A DNA stretch of 64,000 bases from the human T2T-CHM13v2.0 reference genome, Homo sapiens: the NCBI RefSeq assembly GCF_009914755.1, contig NC_060946.1; one strand, 5' to 3'. The notes under the pieces are model-generated. The model was given only the letters and a program-made list of their open reading frames with translations. It made no database searches and was not told where the DNA came from. A program made the position numbers and the translations under genes. Numbering within the stretch: the first letter of the stretch is position 1; each line of letters starts with the position of its first letter. Positions 34,070 to 55,490 of this stretch are shown piece after piece.

Positions 34070-34602
34070 CTCTCTGCTTGGTGTGACATTGGCTGTTTCT
34101 AGAGGGTGCTAAGACATGGGGCCAGGTGCCCAGGGGCTGCCCATTGTGGTAGGGACAGAGTCCCCAGTGGCGGGAGTGTTGTGGCAATCTCACCCTTTTA
34201 GCTCTTTCCGAAATTGTGCCGGGGGTCCCTGCGGTGCTGCTCTGGGGCCTTATCTGAGGTGCCGTATCTAGAAGCACCCTTGGGAATTCTCCCTAGATAC
34301 ACTCGATTGGCCACAGAGGAATCCGAGGCTGTGCAATGGGGTGTCCTTTCCACGTGCACGGACTGGGGGCCAGCACGGCTCAGGTCAGTGTGTAGTGGGG
34401 GCATGAACTCCTTGAAGAACAATCTGGCCGGGCACGGTGGCTCACGCTTGTAATCCCAACACTTTGGGAGGCCGAGCCGGGGCGTATCACCTGAGGTCAG
34501 GAGTTTGAGACCAGCTTGGCCAACATGGTGAAACCCCATCTCCACAAAAAATACAAAAATTAGCTAGGTGTCCTGGCGCACACCTGTAATCCCAGCTACT
34601 CA

Positions 34603-34731
<129 letters not shown>

Positions 34732-36513
34732 CTACTTAGATCTTAAAATGGATATTTAAAAAATTCTCCAGAGAAAGCCAGAAGAAAATAGGTGACTTTT
34801 TCACTATGTGCTTAGGTGACTGCAGATGCCCGGCAATGTTCCCTCCCAGGCCCTCCTGGGTGAGCCCGCCTCCCAGGCAGGGGTCAGCATGGCCGGGGTC
34901 CCTCTGTCTGAGCCCAGGATTCGTGCAACACCAGGAAGACAACAGTTGAAGGTTCCTTAGTGAGCTAAGGGAAGTATACACAAACTTACTACATAAACAT
35001 TAGAAAGTGCTGTCCGTAAAAAACACGTCTTCACAGAGCCAACAAGCAGAGAAATAGCTGCCCAGTGTTAGGAAGTGCATCATGATCCAGAGGTTCAGCC
35101 CGTGTGCAGCGCACAGACCTGAGGCCCCAGAGAGACCGAGGACGCAGACCAGTGGCACGACGGAAACGCAGAACGTTTATGAGAAAACTTTCCTACTAAT
35201 TGAGATAAAGCTGTAAAGAGGCAGATAGCCCCACTGGGTGTGTACGTTTGAAACTTGTGCCCCCTGGGCTAGGGCATTCGGGGTGTGGCCCTCAGTCCCC
35301 TGTAGCTGCTGCCTGGAAACCGCTGCCACCCACCCACCTCCTCCCTCTGCTCTTCCACTCAGGTGAGAATTCTCCAAGCCCTGCCCTCCGGCGCCCCCGT
35401 CCCGCCCCTGCCCGGCCTGGCCCCGCCCCTGCCCGGCCTGGCCCCGCCCCTGCCCGGCCCCGCCCCCCAACGTGTCTTCAGGTCTCTTTCCCTCCAGCCG
35501 GCCCTTAGGACGGCTGTTGGACGTGCTCGTGAGTCCTTCGCCTGTCTGCCTTCCACCTCTCTGCAGCTCCTTCTCCAATCTCATGGTCTTCTTGAGCTTG
35601 GCCGCCCTCCACGCCCCATGCTGGGCTTGGTCGGTTCTGGGGTCTACCTCTCTGGCTTCATCCCTCCCACAGTTTCGAGGGTTTCCCTGTGCTCAGGCCC
35701 CTGGCAGCCGCCCCCTGTGCAGACCACTGGGCAGATCCAGCTGACCTCCAGGGGCACTTCCTCGGCTCATCACTGGGCCGGTGCTCTGCAGAATGAGCTG
35801 TGAGAGCCACTGTGGCTGGCCAGAGGGTGCCACTCACAGTCACTTCAGACTCACAGGAGCCTTCGTCCCGACCCCTGCATTCATCTGTGTTCTGTTTTAT
35901 GTTTTTTCCCAGTCACCTGAGCTGCAGGCCTTGGTCACCCCAGACTCCTCCCTCCTGTCACCCTTATCCTCACCCCAGCACCTTTACGTCTGCCCCAGGC
36001 TCCATTTCCCCCTCTTCTGCCTGGATCAAACCACCCTGACTTTCCTGGGTCTTCGTGCAACAGCCTGCTCCGGCCGCTGCCTCACTGCACCTGCAAATCC
36101 ACTTGCACCCACACCCAGGCCAGGGTTTTTAAACAGAAGCCTCAGCAGATCCCTCTCTCTGGCCAGCTCCCTGTTGAACCAGGAAGCAGGTCCCTGTTGA
36201 ACCTCAGCATGACCCGCCCCCACCCCTGCATCCCACTTCTGCTCTGGGAGCCTCTGGGTTCCTGGGCGCACCTGCTGCCCTTCCCTGTTTGTCACTGGGT
36301 GACCTCCCGTCCTTGTGGGCGCTCCCGGGCCCTGGTCTCGGGCCTTCTGAGGACTTGCTCTCCTGGTAGCGGCTGCTGACTGTGAGCCCAGAGAGCAGGC
36401 GTGGCTGTTGACCTTAGGTCCTCCCAGAACCTGGCGGATCGCCTGGCTCCCAGGCAGGAGGCGCTGCATGACGCCTCCAACTTCCGCCAATCTAGCCCAA
36501 GGATGGCGTTCTA

Positions 36514-36519
36514 AATAAA
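36514..36519 (+). terminator. MAPK8IP2: Candidate MAPK8IP2 distal poly(A) signal
   Basis: AATAAA followed by GTGTTTATT..TTCTTCTTT at the end of unique sequence. Confidence 0.55.
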
Positions 36520-37028
36520 ACGCGTTCTACAGAAAAGTGTTTATTGCATTCTTCTTTGAAATAATGTAAGCATAAAAGTAATCTGAATATTGACCAATAG
36601 GGTTAATTGATTAAGGTATATTTACCTAATTGAAATATTGGGTAGATGTGAAAAAAAGTTCCAATGTTTGTAATTACACAGAAAATTTCTGTTATGCTAT
36701 TAAGTGGAAATAAATTTCTGGGCACAGCAGCTCATGCTACTGTGTAATCTTAGCAATTTGGGAGGCCAAGGTGGGCAGATCCCTTGAGTCTGGGAGTTCG
36801 AGACCAGCCTGAGCAACAAAGCGAAACCTCTATCTCTACAAAAAAAAAAAAAAAAAAATACAAAAATTATCTAGGTGTGGTGGCACACACCTGTAGTCCC
36901 AGTTACTTGGGTGGGTAAGGGAGGAGGATAGCTTGAGCCTAGGAGGTTGAGGCTGCAGTGAGCCATGATCATGCCACCACACTCTGGCTGGAAAGAGCAA
37001 GACCCTGTAACCACAATGAAAGAAAAGA

Positions 37029-37073
<45 letters not shown>

Positions 37074-37283
37074 TGAAAGAAAGAAAGAGAAAGAAAGAAA
37101 ATAGGCAGGGTCATATGTAGCATTCTAGAAACTATATGTTGAAAAATGCTGAAACACAAAAAATGTTAAAAGTCATTTTTGGCCGGGCGCAGTGGCTCAT
37201 GCCTGTAATCCCAACACTTTGGGAGGCTGAGGCAGGCGGATCATGAGGTCAGGAGATCGAAACCATCCTGGCTAACACGGTCA

Positions 37284-37580
<297 letters not shown>

Positions 37581-37898
37581 CTACTTATTAGAGACCTCCA
37601 AGTGCAAATGGAAATATCCACAGAAAAACTAAAGATAAAAAAGTTAAGATAAATTAATCAAACTCAAACAAAAAAGTTATTTTGGCTACAATAAAAATAC
37701 CACCCCATAAGGTTATCATAAGGCTTAAATGAATCTGCCAGTCAGACAGGCCAAGGGTAGTGCTTGAGTAAGTTATTATTTTTATAAACACTATAAAAGT
37801 AGGATTTCCCTATTTTTAAAAATATTACTTTCCCTGGCTGGGCGTGATGGCTTGCACCTGTAATCCCAGCACTTTGGGAGGACGAGGCGGGTGGATCA

Positions 37899-38135
<237 letters not shown>

Positions 38136-38364
38136 TTACGTTCCCTATAAAGAGTAACACATATCATAGACATTTTGGAGACTGCAGATGATAGAAGAAA
38201 GGCTAAAATCAACTGTATTTTTATGGCCCAGAGATAACTGTTTCTAATATTTTGGTGTATTTTTTCCAGTCTCCCTTCTACTTGAGGGTTGAAGGCAGAG
38301 GGAGGTTAGGGGAATCAAGAAGAATTTAAGGCAAAAGATAAAAGCAAAATAGCAGAGGTCGCTG

Positions 38365-42160
<3,796 letters not shown>

Positions 42161-42762
42161 CACAGTTTCTTTCTTTGTTTTTCTTTTTTTCTTTTCTTTC
42201 TTTTTTTTTGAGACAGAGTCTTGCTCTGTCGCCCAGGCTGGAGTGCAGTGGCACAATCGTGGCTCACTGCAACCTCCGCCTCCAGGGTTCAAGTGACTCT
42301 CCTGTCTTAGCCTCCTGAGTACCTGGGATTACAGGCGCACACCACCACACTTGGCCAATTTTTTGTATTCCAGTAGAGACTGGGTTTCACCATGTTGCTG
42401 CATCCACAAGGAAGGCTCTCGGCCTTCACACAAAGGAGCCAAGGAGGCTGGAGGGGGCATAAATAAATGCACTCCCCCCTTCATTACTACTGACCCCCTG
42501 CACCAGGCTCAGGGCTGCAAAAGGGAGGGGACACATCAGACAGCTGAGAGGCAGTGTCCAGGGTGCAGCAGGGGGTGAGGTTAGAGTTGAATCAACGCCT
42601 GGGGCCAAAATACATAATTTGCATGAATGTGGAGAACAATGTGGTGTGTGCCCGCCCCCCAAACCCTAAACTGATAGCATTGGCTACCTGGGACTGAGAT
42701 GAGCGGGCATTACTTGAGTTTCTCTAATGAATATGCATTACTTTCGTAATTAAAAATATTCA

Positions 42763-43047
<285 letters not shown>

Positions 43048-43449
43048 TCAAAAAAAAAAAAAAAAAATTCAGAGGTGAATTTAAACATTGTTCCATTGAA
43101 ACGTTCCCTGGGCTCCCCCTTCTGGTCACTTGGGGGACAGACGAGCACACAGCCAAGGAGGGGCCACAGGGAGGGGAGGGGAGTTTCCCTGCAGGAGCCC
43201 CCTCTTACCCTGTCGTTCACGCAATCACTTGGGCTCCGGATATCCCCTCTTCCTTCCTAACGCACCTGAGGGGAAACCACAGAATCAACTTGTTTGTTTG
43301 TTCTGTCCATTTCAAAACACTCTTAGCCCCTTCGAGAGGACACTGAGCTCCCTGAGGAAGCTGCTCTGTGGGAATGGATGGCTGCCAGCCTGGTGAATAG
43401 ATTATCTTAGGCTCACAGGAAAGGGGCTGTTTTGTAAATCAACAGTAAC

Positions 43450-43660
43450 AGTGTGTATGTCACTGCAAATATGCACGTATATGCATGCTTGTGTGCACGG
43501 GTGAGTCCTTGTGTGTTCACGTGCGCACGTCCCCGGGGGGCACGTATCCCCGGATGCATGTGTATGTGCCTCCGTGCACGTGAATGTGAGTGTGCATGCG
43601 TGCGTATTTCTGTATGCATACACATGTGCACATACGCATACGTGTACATGCCTGTGTGAG
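43450..43660. repeat. Degenerate purine-pyrimidine (TG/CA/CG/TA) tract
   Basis: GTGTGCACG, ATGCATGTGTATGTGC, GCATACACATGTGCACATACGCATACGTGTAC. Confidence 0.75.
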
Positions 43661-44412
43661 GAGGGTGCATCCGGCTCAAACAGCTAACTGGTGAAAAGCA
43701 TTTCTGAACACAAACAAATCAGAGCAAAACCAAAAGCGGAATGGGGGAGTGGAAAAATCCTTGGGTGCAGAGTGCATTTGAACACCCTCCTCAGAGCTCA
43801 TTTATCTTTCCACCCCCACCTCTTGGTTATGTTCTTGTAAGACCAGGTACCCTTCGTTTGTAGCGTTTATTATGGTTAGATTGTTACTGAAATAGAAAAT
43901 ACGCAATGACGTCATAAAGTGTGCACAGCTTGCGAGTGTGGGTTGATCGCTTTATACATATGCATGCATCATGTTATGACCCCTTAAGATTTGGAAGATT
44001 TGTAGCACCCACAGGTTCTCTGGTGTCCCTGGTCAGGCAACTCCACACACCCCACCCTACCAGAGGCAGTGACTTCAATCACACTGAAAATTTCAGGTGC
44101 ATCTGACATCCCGGGATTAAGCTCATCTCCTTTGCTAGACTGTAAGCCCGGTGAGTGCAGAGTGGGTCTCCTCTGACAACCCCATGCCCAGCACTGCACG
44201 GTGCTGATGCATAAACACGGGTGGGATTAACTCAGTTATGCACACTACCCAAGTGAGAGGAAGTGGAGCAGCAGAGCTGGAGGAGGTGCCTGAAGACTGT
44301 GGTTGGGTGTTAGTATTCATTTAGTTCTTGCTAGAGGGTTTGGTCTTTCGTGTGATACTGGAATCATGCCTCCAGTTCAGTTCCTCTCTGCCCTCATCTT
44401 GAACCACAGCGC

Positions 44413-44982
44413 TGTTTGAAATGCTTGTTCCTCGGTGCCGTAAAGAAACAGCACTTCAACATAAATTTAATTCTTTTATACTTTCTGCAGAAAGGGTACA
44501 CTCGCCAGCAGTTTTGCCGTGAGAGTACACCGAACAAAAGGGGACAGGGTCATTTGTAACCTGATGCGTCCACCTTACTGCCGTGCCCGGTTTCCATCGG
44601 CTGGAACGGGACCTCACGTTCTGTATTTGTCCCGATTGGCTAGCAACTTAGCACTTTTTAAAAGAGGAAAAGAGAGAGGAGAACAAAGGAAGGAGGAAGT
44701 AACTTGTGGAATGATGAGAAAGGTAAAAACACCTTCAAATAAGGAAGAGGAACAGGCTGTGACGTAATGCTTGCTTGGGCCAATTTAAGCATGCCAGGGC
44801 AGATATTTAGGCTAAATTGTGGGAGCTAAGAACATAAAGGACATTGAGTTCTTTATTCGGCTAGCAGTTATTTAAGAATGTTAGTACAGGTCTTTGAATA
44901 AATTTTGCTTTTAAGAGAAGTTACTATTTACTCCTAGATGGGGAGGAAAGTCTGAAGAGGAACCTCTGCTTCACTTTCTACA
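44413..44982 (-). mobile_element. Solo LTR, LTR10-like (HERV-I group)
   Basis: TG...CA ends with a perfect GCGC target-site duplication (44409-12 and 44983-86). The sequence resembles LTR10C (recognised, not searched). Confidence 0.75.
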
Positions 44983-45984
44983 GCGCCACCTGGGGCCAGC
45001 ACCTCCACTCGGACCACAAGTGCACAAGGGCCCCCCTTATGCCAGCATCAGGGGCTGCTGGGCACCCCAAGGAAACCACCACCTTATGGGGGTGATTCCA
45101 AACACAGCAGGATTTGGGGTGTGGTCAATGCAGCCCTCAAACCAGATGAAAAGGGATGAAACGGTTGCGTGGAGAGTCCTCAGCACACTGTCTGACACCA
45201 CAGGCTCACGCAGGCACATGTGCCCGCCACACAACCATTCATAGGCCACATTCCAGCAAGGCTTTTGGCTGCAAATAACAGAACCCTCACTAGCAGTGGC
45301 TTCAACAGGCAGGGTTTATTTTCTTACGCTTGGAGCTCTCCAGGTAGGCAGCTGGAGACACTGGGTTAGCAGCTGCCCAGTGTCCAATCAGGGCCTGTGA
45401 CGGCTGCGCAAGGTCCTCACCCCCAGGGCTGCCCCAGTCGTTCACTACCAGGACTCCTGGTCACAGGCTACTCCTGAACCAATCACTGGATTGACTGGCT
45501 CAGGCTGGTCACCGCCCTCCTTGGAGAGAAAGAGGCTGCAACTCCAAGATCAAGGGACCTTTGCCCAGCACTGAAAAATGGGAGCCCATTAGGAAGGAGG
45601 TGGCTGTTTGGTAGCAACGAACGGTGTCTGCCACGGGGAGGTGTCTGAACGCCCGGAAGGTGTGCTCCTCTCACTTGGCCAACACTGAGGGAGCACCTGG
45701 CGTGTGACTGGCCACCTGGGCATGCACGTGGGCCTGACGTCAGTGTGCCATGCTGCACAGACACGGGCAGGTGCTCAGACAGTCCCTCCCTGCAGAGGAG
45801 GCCAACAATGGAGGCAGAGCGTTGCCGTTGAAGGGAACAGCCAGGCCACCCCCTAAGACTGGGGGGAAGGGGGTGTGGGTGGAGGCCTCAAGGGCAAACT
45901 GGGTCACTGTAAGGGGTTTGGATTTTCTTCTGAGAAGCCTGCGAAATTTTGAGCAGGAATAGATGCTCAAGCCCAGCCTGATGT

Positions 45985-46881
<897 letters not shown>

Positions 46882-47555
46882 AACAGATATTTTTAAGAGA
46901 TCACTTTGTCTGCTGGGTGGAGAATCGTTAGTAGTGGGTCAAAAGGTGAAGGCAGGAGACAGAAGTGTGGGCACAGGTGAAATGCAGAGGCCTGGGAGGG
47001 TGGAGGGGCCCCAGAGGAGCCGTCTCAGGGCCTGCTGCTGTGCCTTCCTAGGAGCCAGCAGGGGCTCCAGGCCCCTTAGCCCCACCTGGAGTGTGCAACT
47101 CATCACCCAGCTTCAGACAGGTTTCTTATAAGAACCAAGGAGGTCCAGTGCCTGTGTCTCTAAGAATGCTTCTTCTGGGGGAATATCCCGTCTCTCTCAG
47201 GCACTTTGCATCTTCTGAGTCTTCTGGCCCTCACACCCTCCCACCCTCCCACCCCGTTCCTGGCACTCAAAGGCACGTGGCGCTGCTCCTGTGAACAGAT
47301 GTGCCCATGTCCTTGAGGCTGACGTGTGCCTGTGTGCACTGACCCACGCAGATCACCAAGGCGCCAGGGCAGCTTCCAGAGCCACGACACCAGGGTTCAA
47401 ATCCCAGCCCAACCTCTTTCTGGCTGGGTGATCTTGTACAAGTCCTGAACCTCTCTGCACCTCAGTTTCCTCATTCGTACCACAGGGGACCGGCACCAGC
47501 ACACAGCATTACCCCAGGATTGGACGAATTGTCACATCTGCAAGTCTCCACTGGT

Positions 47556-47561
47556 GTTATT
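47556..47561 (-). terminator. ARSA: ARSA proximal non-canonical poly(A) signal AATAAC (site of pseudodeficiency variant c.*96A>G; here A)
   Basis: GTTATT on +; c.*96 maps to 47560. Confidence 0.88.
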
Positions 47562-47655
47562 ACGTTATCAGGCACAAACCCCCTCCAGACACCTGAGCCT
47601 CCCCCACAGGCTCCCAGTGAGGAGCCATCACATGCCCAGGCCAGCCGAGGGGCCC

Positions 47656-47975
47656 TCAGGCATGGGGATCTGGGCAATGGCAGCAAGCTGGGCGGGGGGT
47701 GCAGCCAGGATGACAGCAGATCTGCAGGGCGGGGTCCTCGCCCCGGGCCACCTGGCTGGGGCCGAAGGTCACAGCTGCGTCTAACTGGGCCTTGAGCAGC
47801 TGAAGCTGTTTCAGGGCTTGCAGCACCTCTGGGGTGGCCCCGGCCACACCCCCCAGCAGGTTGTAGTTCTCACCAGGGTCCTTGGACAGGTCATAGAGCA
47901 GCGGGGGCTCATGAGCAGTCAGAGAGCTGGAGGCGTGGCAGGCAGGGTCTGCAGTGGTATCACTGTGGGCAGAGC
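47656..47975 (-). CDS. ARSA: ARSA exon 8 (coding part)
   Basis: [13 protein letters not shown]...CCHCPDPHA then TGA. Confidence 0.96.
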
Positions 47976-48053
47976 CTGGGGAGGGGGCCAATTCTGTGCA
48001 CAGGGCAAGGGCGAGAGGAGGGGCCAGGGATCTAGGGCTCCGGGGAGGGGTCA

Positions 48054-48596
<543 letters not shown>

Positions 48597-48664
48597 TCAC
48601 TCAGTTCGCCATCAAGGTTGGGGTGGTGGGGCCAGGGTTCCAAGGAGAGGGCCTGCGGACTGAC

Positions 48665-48789
48665 CGGGAGCGATATGACCTGGCCAGAAGGCCAAGGCAG
48701 GCTCTCGGACACCGCCCTCGTAGGTCGTTCCCTTTCCACACCGCAAGAGACCGGAGCAGCCGCCTCGGGACATACGCATGGTCTCAGGT
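48665..48789 (-). CDS. ARSA: ARSA exon 5
   Basis: [41 protein letters not shown]. Confidence 0.96.
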
Positions 48790-49101
48790 CTGGGACACAG
48801 GAGGCGCTCATGAGCCATGGAGCCACAGCCTCTGAGCCACCGAGGGTGACCAGTGGCCCCACACCTCTAAGTCACAAAGCTTGCCCGGAGGTGCCCAGCA
48901 CGAGCCCGGCACCTCCCAGGCCTACCAAGACCAGCTCTCTGTGCACTGTGTCTCCTGACTACACCTTGGGCCCCTGCAACGTGGCCAGCATCTCCTGGCA
49001 CCCCCTCACCCACTATGTTCTTGGCAAGCAGCTGAACTGCAAGGCCTCCAGGGCCCTGGCCCGTGACAGGGCCGGAGCACCCAGCTGCCCTGCTGGCATA
49101 C

Positions 49102-49271
49102 CCATTGTCTGCAGTGAAGATGACCAGCGTCTCTTCAAGCAGCCCCAGGTCCCCTATGGCTGTCATCAGGGTCCCCACAGCTGCATCCAGCTCCATCAGG
49201 GAGTCCCCAAATGGCCCGCGGCCTGAACGCTCTGCAAAGCTCTGCCCACTGAACTGAGGGTAGTGGGTGTG
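49102..49271 (-). CDS. ARSA: ARSA exon 4
   Basis: [10 protein letters not shown]...TLVIFTADN. Confidence 0.96.
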
Positions 49272-49293
49272 CTGGGGGCAAAGACTGGAGTTA

Positions 49294-49617
<324 letters not shown>

Positions 49618-49676
49618 TCAAGGGCTGGGGGACTTTGGGAGGTGGGAGGGTGGCTGAGGGCCCGGGTGGTTCCTAC

Positions 49677-49917
49677 CTGGTCGTGGGAGTACGGGATGCC
49701 TAGAAATCGATGGAAGCCCTGATGGGGGGGCAGGAAGGCCCCCTCAGGCCCCACCCCAAGGTGCCACTTGCCGGCCATTCCTGTGAGGTAGCCTCGGGCA
49801 GCCAGGACTTCGGCCACGGTCACCTCCTCCAGGGGCAGGCCCCCCCGGGAGCTGGGCACCAGGACGCCAGGGTACATGCCCATCCGAACCGGGAGCCGGC
49901 CGGTCAGGAGGGCGGCC
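49677..49917 (-). CDS. ARSA: ARSA exon 2
   Basis: [13 protein letters not shown]...GIPYSHDQ. Confidence 0.96.
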
Positions 49918-50065
49918 CTGCGGGACAAGTCACAGAGTCCCTGAGACAGACAGAAATGTGGCCTTCCCTAGAGAGAGAGACAGACGTTTTTCCCGCCCCC
50001 CTGCAATCCATTGGGAGGAAAGGGATGGAGGGTCGGGGCGGGGAAGAGGCGCGGCCCCCTCTTTA

Positions 50066-51030
<965 letters not shown>

Positions 51031-51119
51031 AAATGGCAGGGAAAACCGTGCAGCCCCATGGACTGCGGGCTCTTCCTTCACGACTAGCAAAAGCTTTGAC
51101 ACCCTTTCTCCTGCGTACG

Positions 51120-51570
51120 CGTGTCTGTGTGCGTGTAAGCTGTGGCTGGGTGCGGGGGGCTGTGTACGTGTCTGTGTGTGGTGTGTGTGGAGTGTTTGAG
51201 GCAGGTGTGTGGTGTTTCAGGTGTGTGTGCATGTGTGGTGTTTGAGGTGTGTGTGTGTGTTTTTGTAGTGTTTGAGGGATATGTGTGTGTGGTGTTTGAG
51301 GTGGGTGTGTGGTGTTTGAGGGGTGTGTGTGTGTGGTTGAGGGGTGTGTTTGGTGTTTGAGGGGTGTGTGTGGTTGAGGTGTATGGTGGTTGAGGTGTGT
51401 GTAGTGTTTGAGGCACGTATGTGTGTGGTGTTGGGTGTGTGTGGTGTTAGAGGTGTGGCGTATGTGTGTTTGCGGTGGTTGAGGTGTGTGTGTGTGTCTG
51501 GTGTTTAGGGTGTGTCTGTTGTGTGCGTGTGGTGGTGGAGGCGTGGTGTGGTGTGGAATGTGTGTCTGGG
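51120..51570. repeat. Degenerate GT-rich simple repeat
   Basis: Recurrent GTGTGTGTGGTGTTTGAG-like units. Confidence 0.9.
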
Positions 51571-52749
51571 GTCCAGTCTGGCCTGTTGCAGGGTTACGCT
51601 GCTGGGGAAAAACTCATCTGAGGACAACGTGATTGGGTCCTCGCTCCCTCGTTGGGCAGCCTTGGACTTAACCTTTTTGATCTTGAAGGAAAACACAATA
51701 TGTCACCTCCAAATATATTTCCTTGACACGGTTCAAGACAGTTACTCAGAAGGACTGGAAATAGAAGAATAGCTGAAAAGCTGTCTTTTGTGGGGGAGAT
51801 TTGCATCTGTGGAGAGAATCTACACTGATGCGGCCAGGCCTCCTCTGAGGCCCTCCTTGCCTGATCTGGGAAGAGTAACAGTCTGACGCCTTTAAAGGCC
51901 TGAAGGGAACATTCACCATCTGTTCTCTCTCAGGGCTGCTACCTGTGAGGTTTCATCTGTAGAACAAGGCCACCTTTGCTAGCCAGGCCTCCTCTGCTCT
52001 CCCTCCTGTAACCGGTCTTGCCACTGTCACCTGATTTTCCACCATAAACTGTGGCCATACTTTGAGCCCATGTTCTTTCTGTAACCTCAAGATGGTGTAT
52101 AAGCTTCCGAACCCCATTGGGAGGTTGGGGTCATCACTCTGGTTCTCCCTGTGTGCATGAATAAATCTGTATGCCTTTTTTCTTACTAACCTGGCTTTTG
52201 TCAGTTGATTTTCTGTGAACTCAGAATGCAGAAAAGTTTTTCTCTAGGCTCCTACAGTTTTGGTGCAGTCGGTAGGATAACTAAAGTCACTCTCCTGGGA
52301 GCCTCCGTCAGGGGAACCCAGGAGCCGACAAGCTGGCAGAAAGAAGGGTAAGAAGGTCTTAGCAGCCAGGCTCCCGGCCTCTCTGGAATCTTGTCAAGCC
52401 GACGGTAAAAATGTCTGTTTACCTTGTTTTCCTCTTCAAAGTTTTAATGAGAGAAATGTATTTATGTGATTAGTTTTGTATTCATATTGTTTGATTGCTT
52501 TTTTTCCCCAGAAATAGTCGTCTTTCATTCTTGTCTTTCTGTGTTTTTCTGTCATAAAGAGGGTAGAACACAGGCCTAAAACCCCTGTAAACCCCGTGTT
52601 GGGGCCGTCCTGCAGGCTAGTCAGTTTTGCAGCTCTGATCGGATGCGTCTAGTTAGACAGACTTTGCTGTGGGTCCCTGAACTGAAAACTGGATGAGATT
52701 CTCCTCTCTTTTGATGTCCTTGAAAGCTTGAGTTGTGAGCGAGTGGGAA

Positions 52750-53189
52750 TGATGCAGGCCAGGCAGACCCCAGAGTGGAGCTTAGCCAGTGAGGGTTTTG
52801 GCTTTGCCCAGGAAAGAATTCAAAGACAAGCCAGAGGTAGAAGAAAACAGCTTTATTGAACAGGTGGCGTTAGAGCTCTGTGACTGCTCCTGCAGCGCAG
52901 GGCCACCCCGTAGGCTGAGAGTAGCAGCTCAGGGCAGTTTTGCAGTCACATTTATACGCACTTTTGATTGCATGTAGATTAAAGGATGGTTTATGCAGAA
53001 GTTTCTAGGGAAGGAGTAGTCATCATTGGGTCATTGCCATGGAAAGGGGTGGCAACTCCTGGGTGTTGCCATGGCAATGGTAAACTGACATGGCACAGTG
53101 GCGGGCATATCTGACTGAAAGCTGCTATTGCCCCAACCCTGTTTTAGCCAATCCTCAACTGGGTCAACTAAGTCCCACCTCCTACCTCA
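52750..53189 (-). mobile_element. Nested solo ERV1-type LTR
   Basis: TG...CA ends, GGAA/GGAG flanks, and AATAAA on the - strand at about 52852. Confidence 0.6.
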
Positions 53190-53348
53190 GGAGCACTCTC
53201 TTGGCCTCTGCCAATCCGAGGTAGTGACTCGCAGGTCACATTTTGTGGTCAGTCTGAAAATGGTTGGGAACCCAAGACATTTAATATTTTAAGCAGCACC
53301 GTTTTTGTTCTGAATGTGTCAAGCTTTTAGTTTGTCTTAAGAAGTCCC

Positions 53349-54447
<1,099 letters not shown>

Positions 54448-55002
54448 GGCCCATCCATAAGGGGCTTTTGTCATCCCAATGCTTGTTGCCTGGTCAGTCC
54501 TCAGAAAGCCCAATCCCAACAGGCCTACCCTGTGTTACAGGTTAATGGGTCTGTGACTGGCAGCCCCTGACAGATTGTGTGTTACTGGAGGCACTGTATG
54601 TACAAACACGTTCCTTAACTGTCTCTGGGAACAAGAGTCTTTTGCTGTCTTTGCCTATTCCTGGGAGTGAATTTTGGGGGCATCATTGGAACCTCCTCTT
54701 CTATGCCCTCTCTAAACCTGGAAAATAATCTTTTGGGCTTTCCATGAAGGGGCTTCTTGGATTGAGTTGCTATTGGAATAAATACATCATTGGAAATTCT
54801 GATTGTCAATAGCCAAAAGATGAATCCTTTACATTAGAAAGATCCCTAAATTAAAAAAAAAAAAAGATTTTAGAGGTCTCTCATTCTAAACAATTGCCTT
54901 ATTTGTATTTGTGGGGAGATTAAAGGAAAGACACATAATAATGTTGTGGCTAGCCTTAGAAATCCTCTTCACAAAATTAAAGAGCAAAAATCTGACCTGT
55001 AA

Positions 55003-55490
<488 letters not shown>

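Noticed and set aside
52261-52278. tRNA-like 18-mer
   Set aside because: It is a retroviral primer-binding site, not a tRNA gene; no cloverleaf or A/B boxes.
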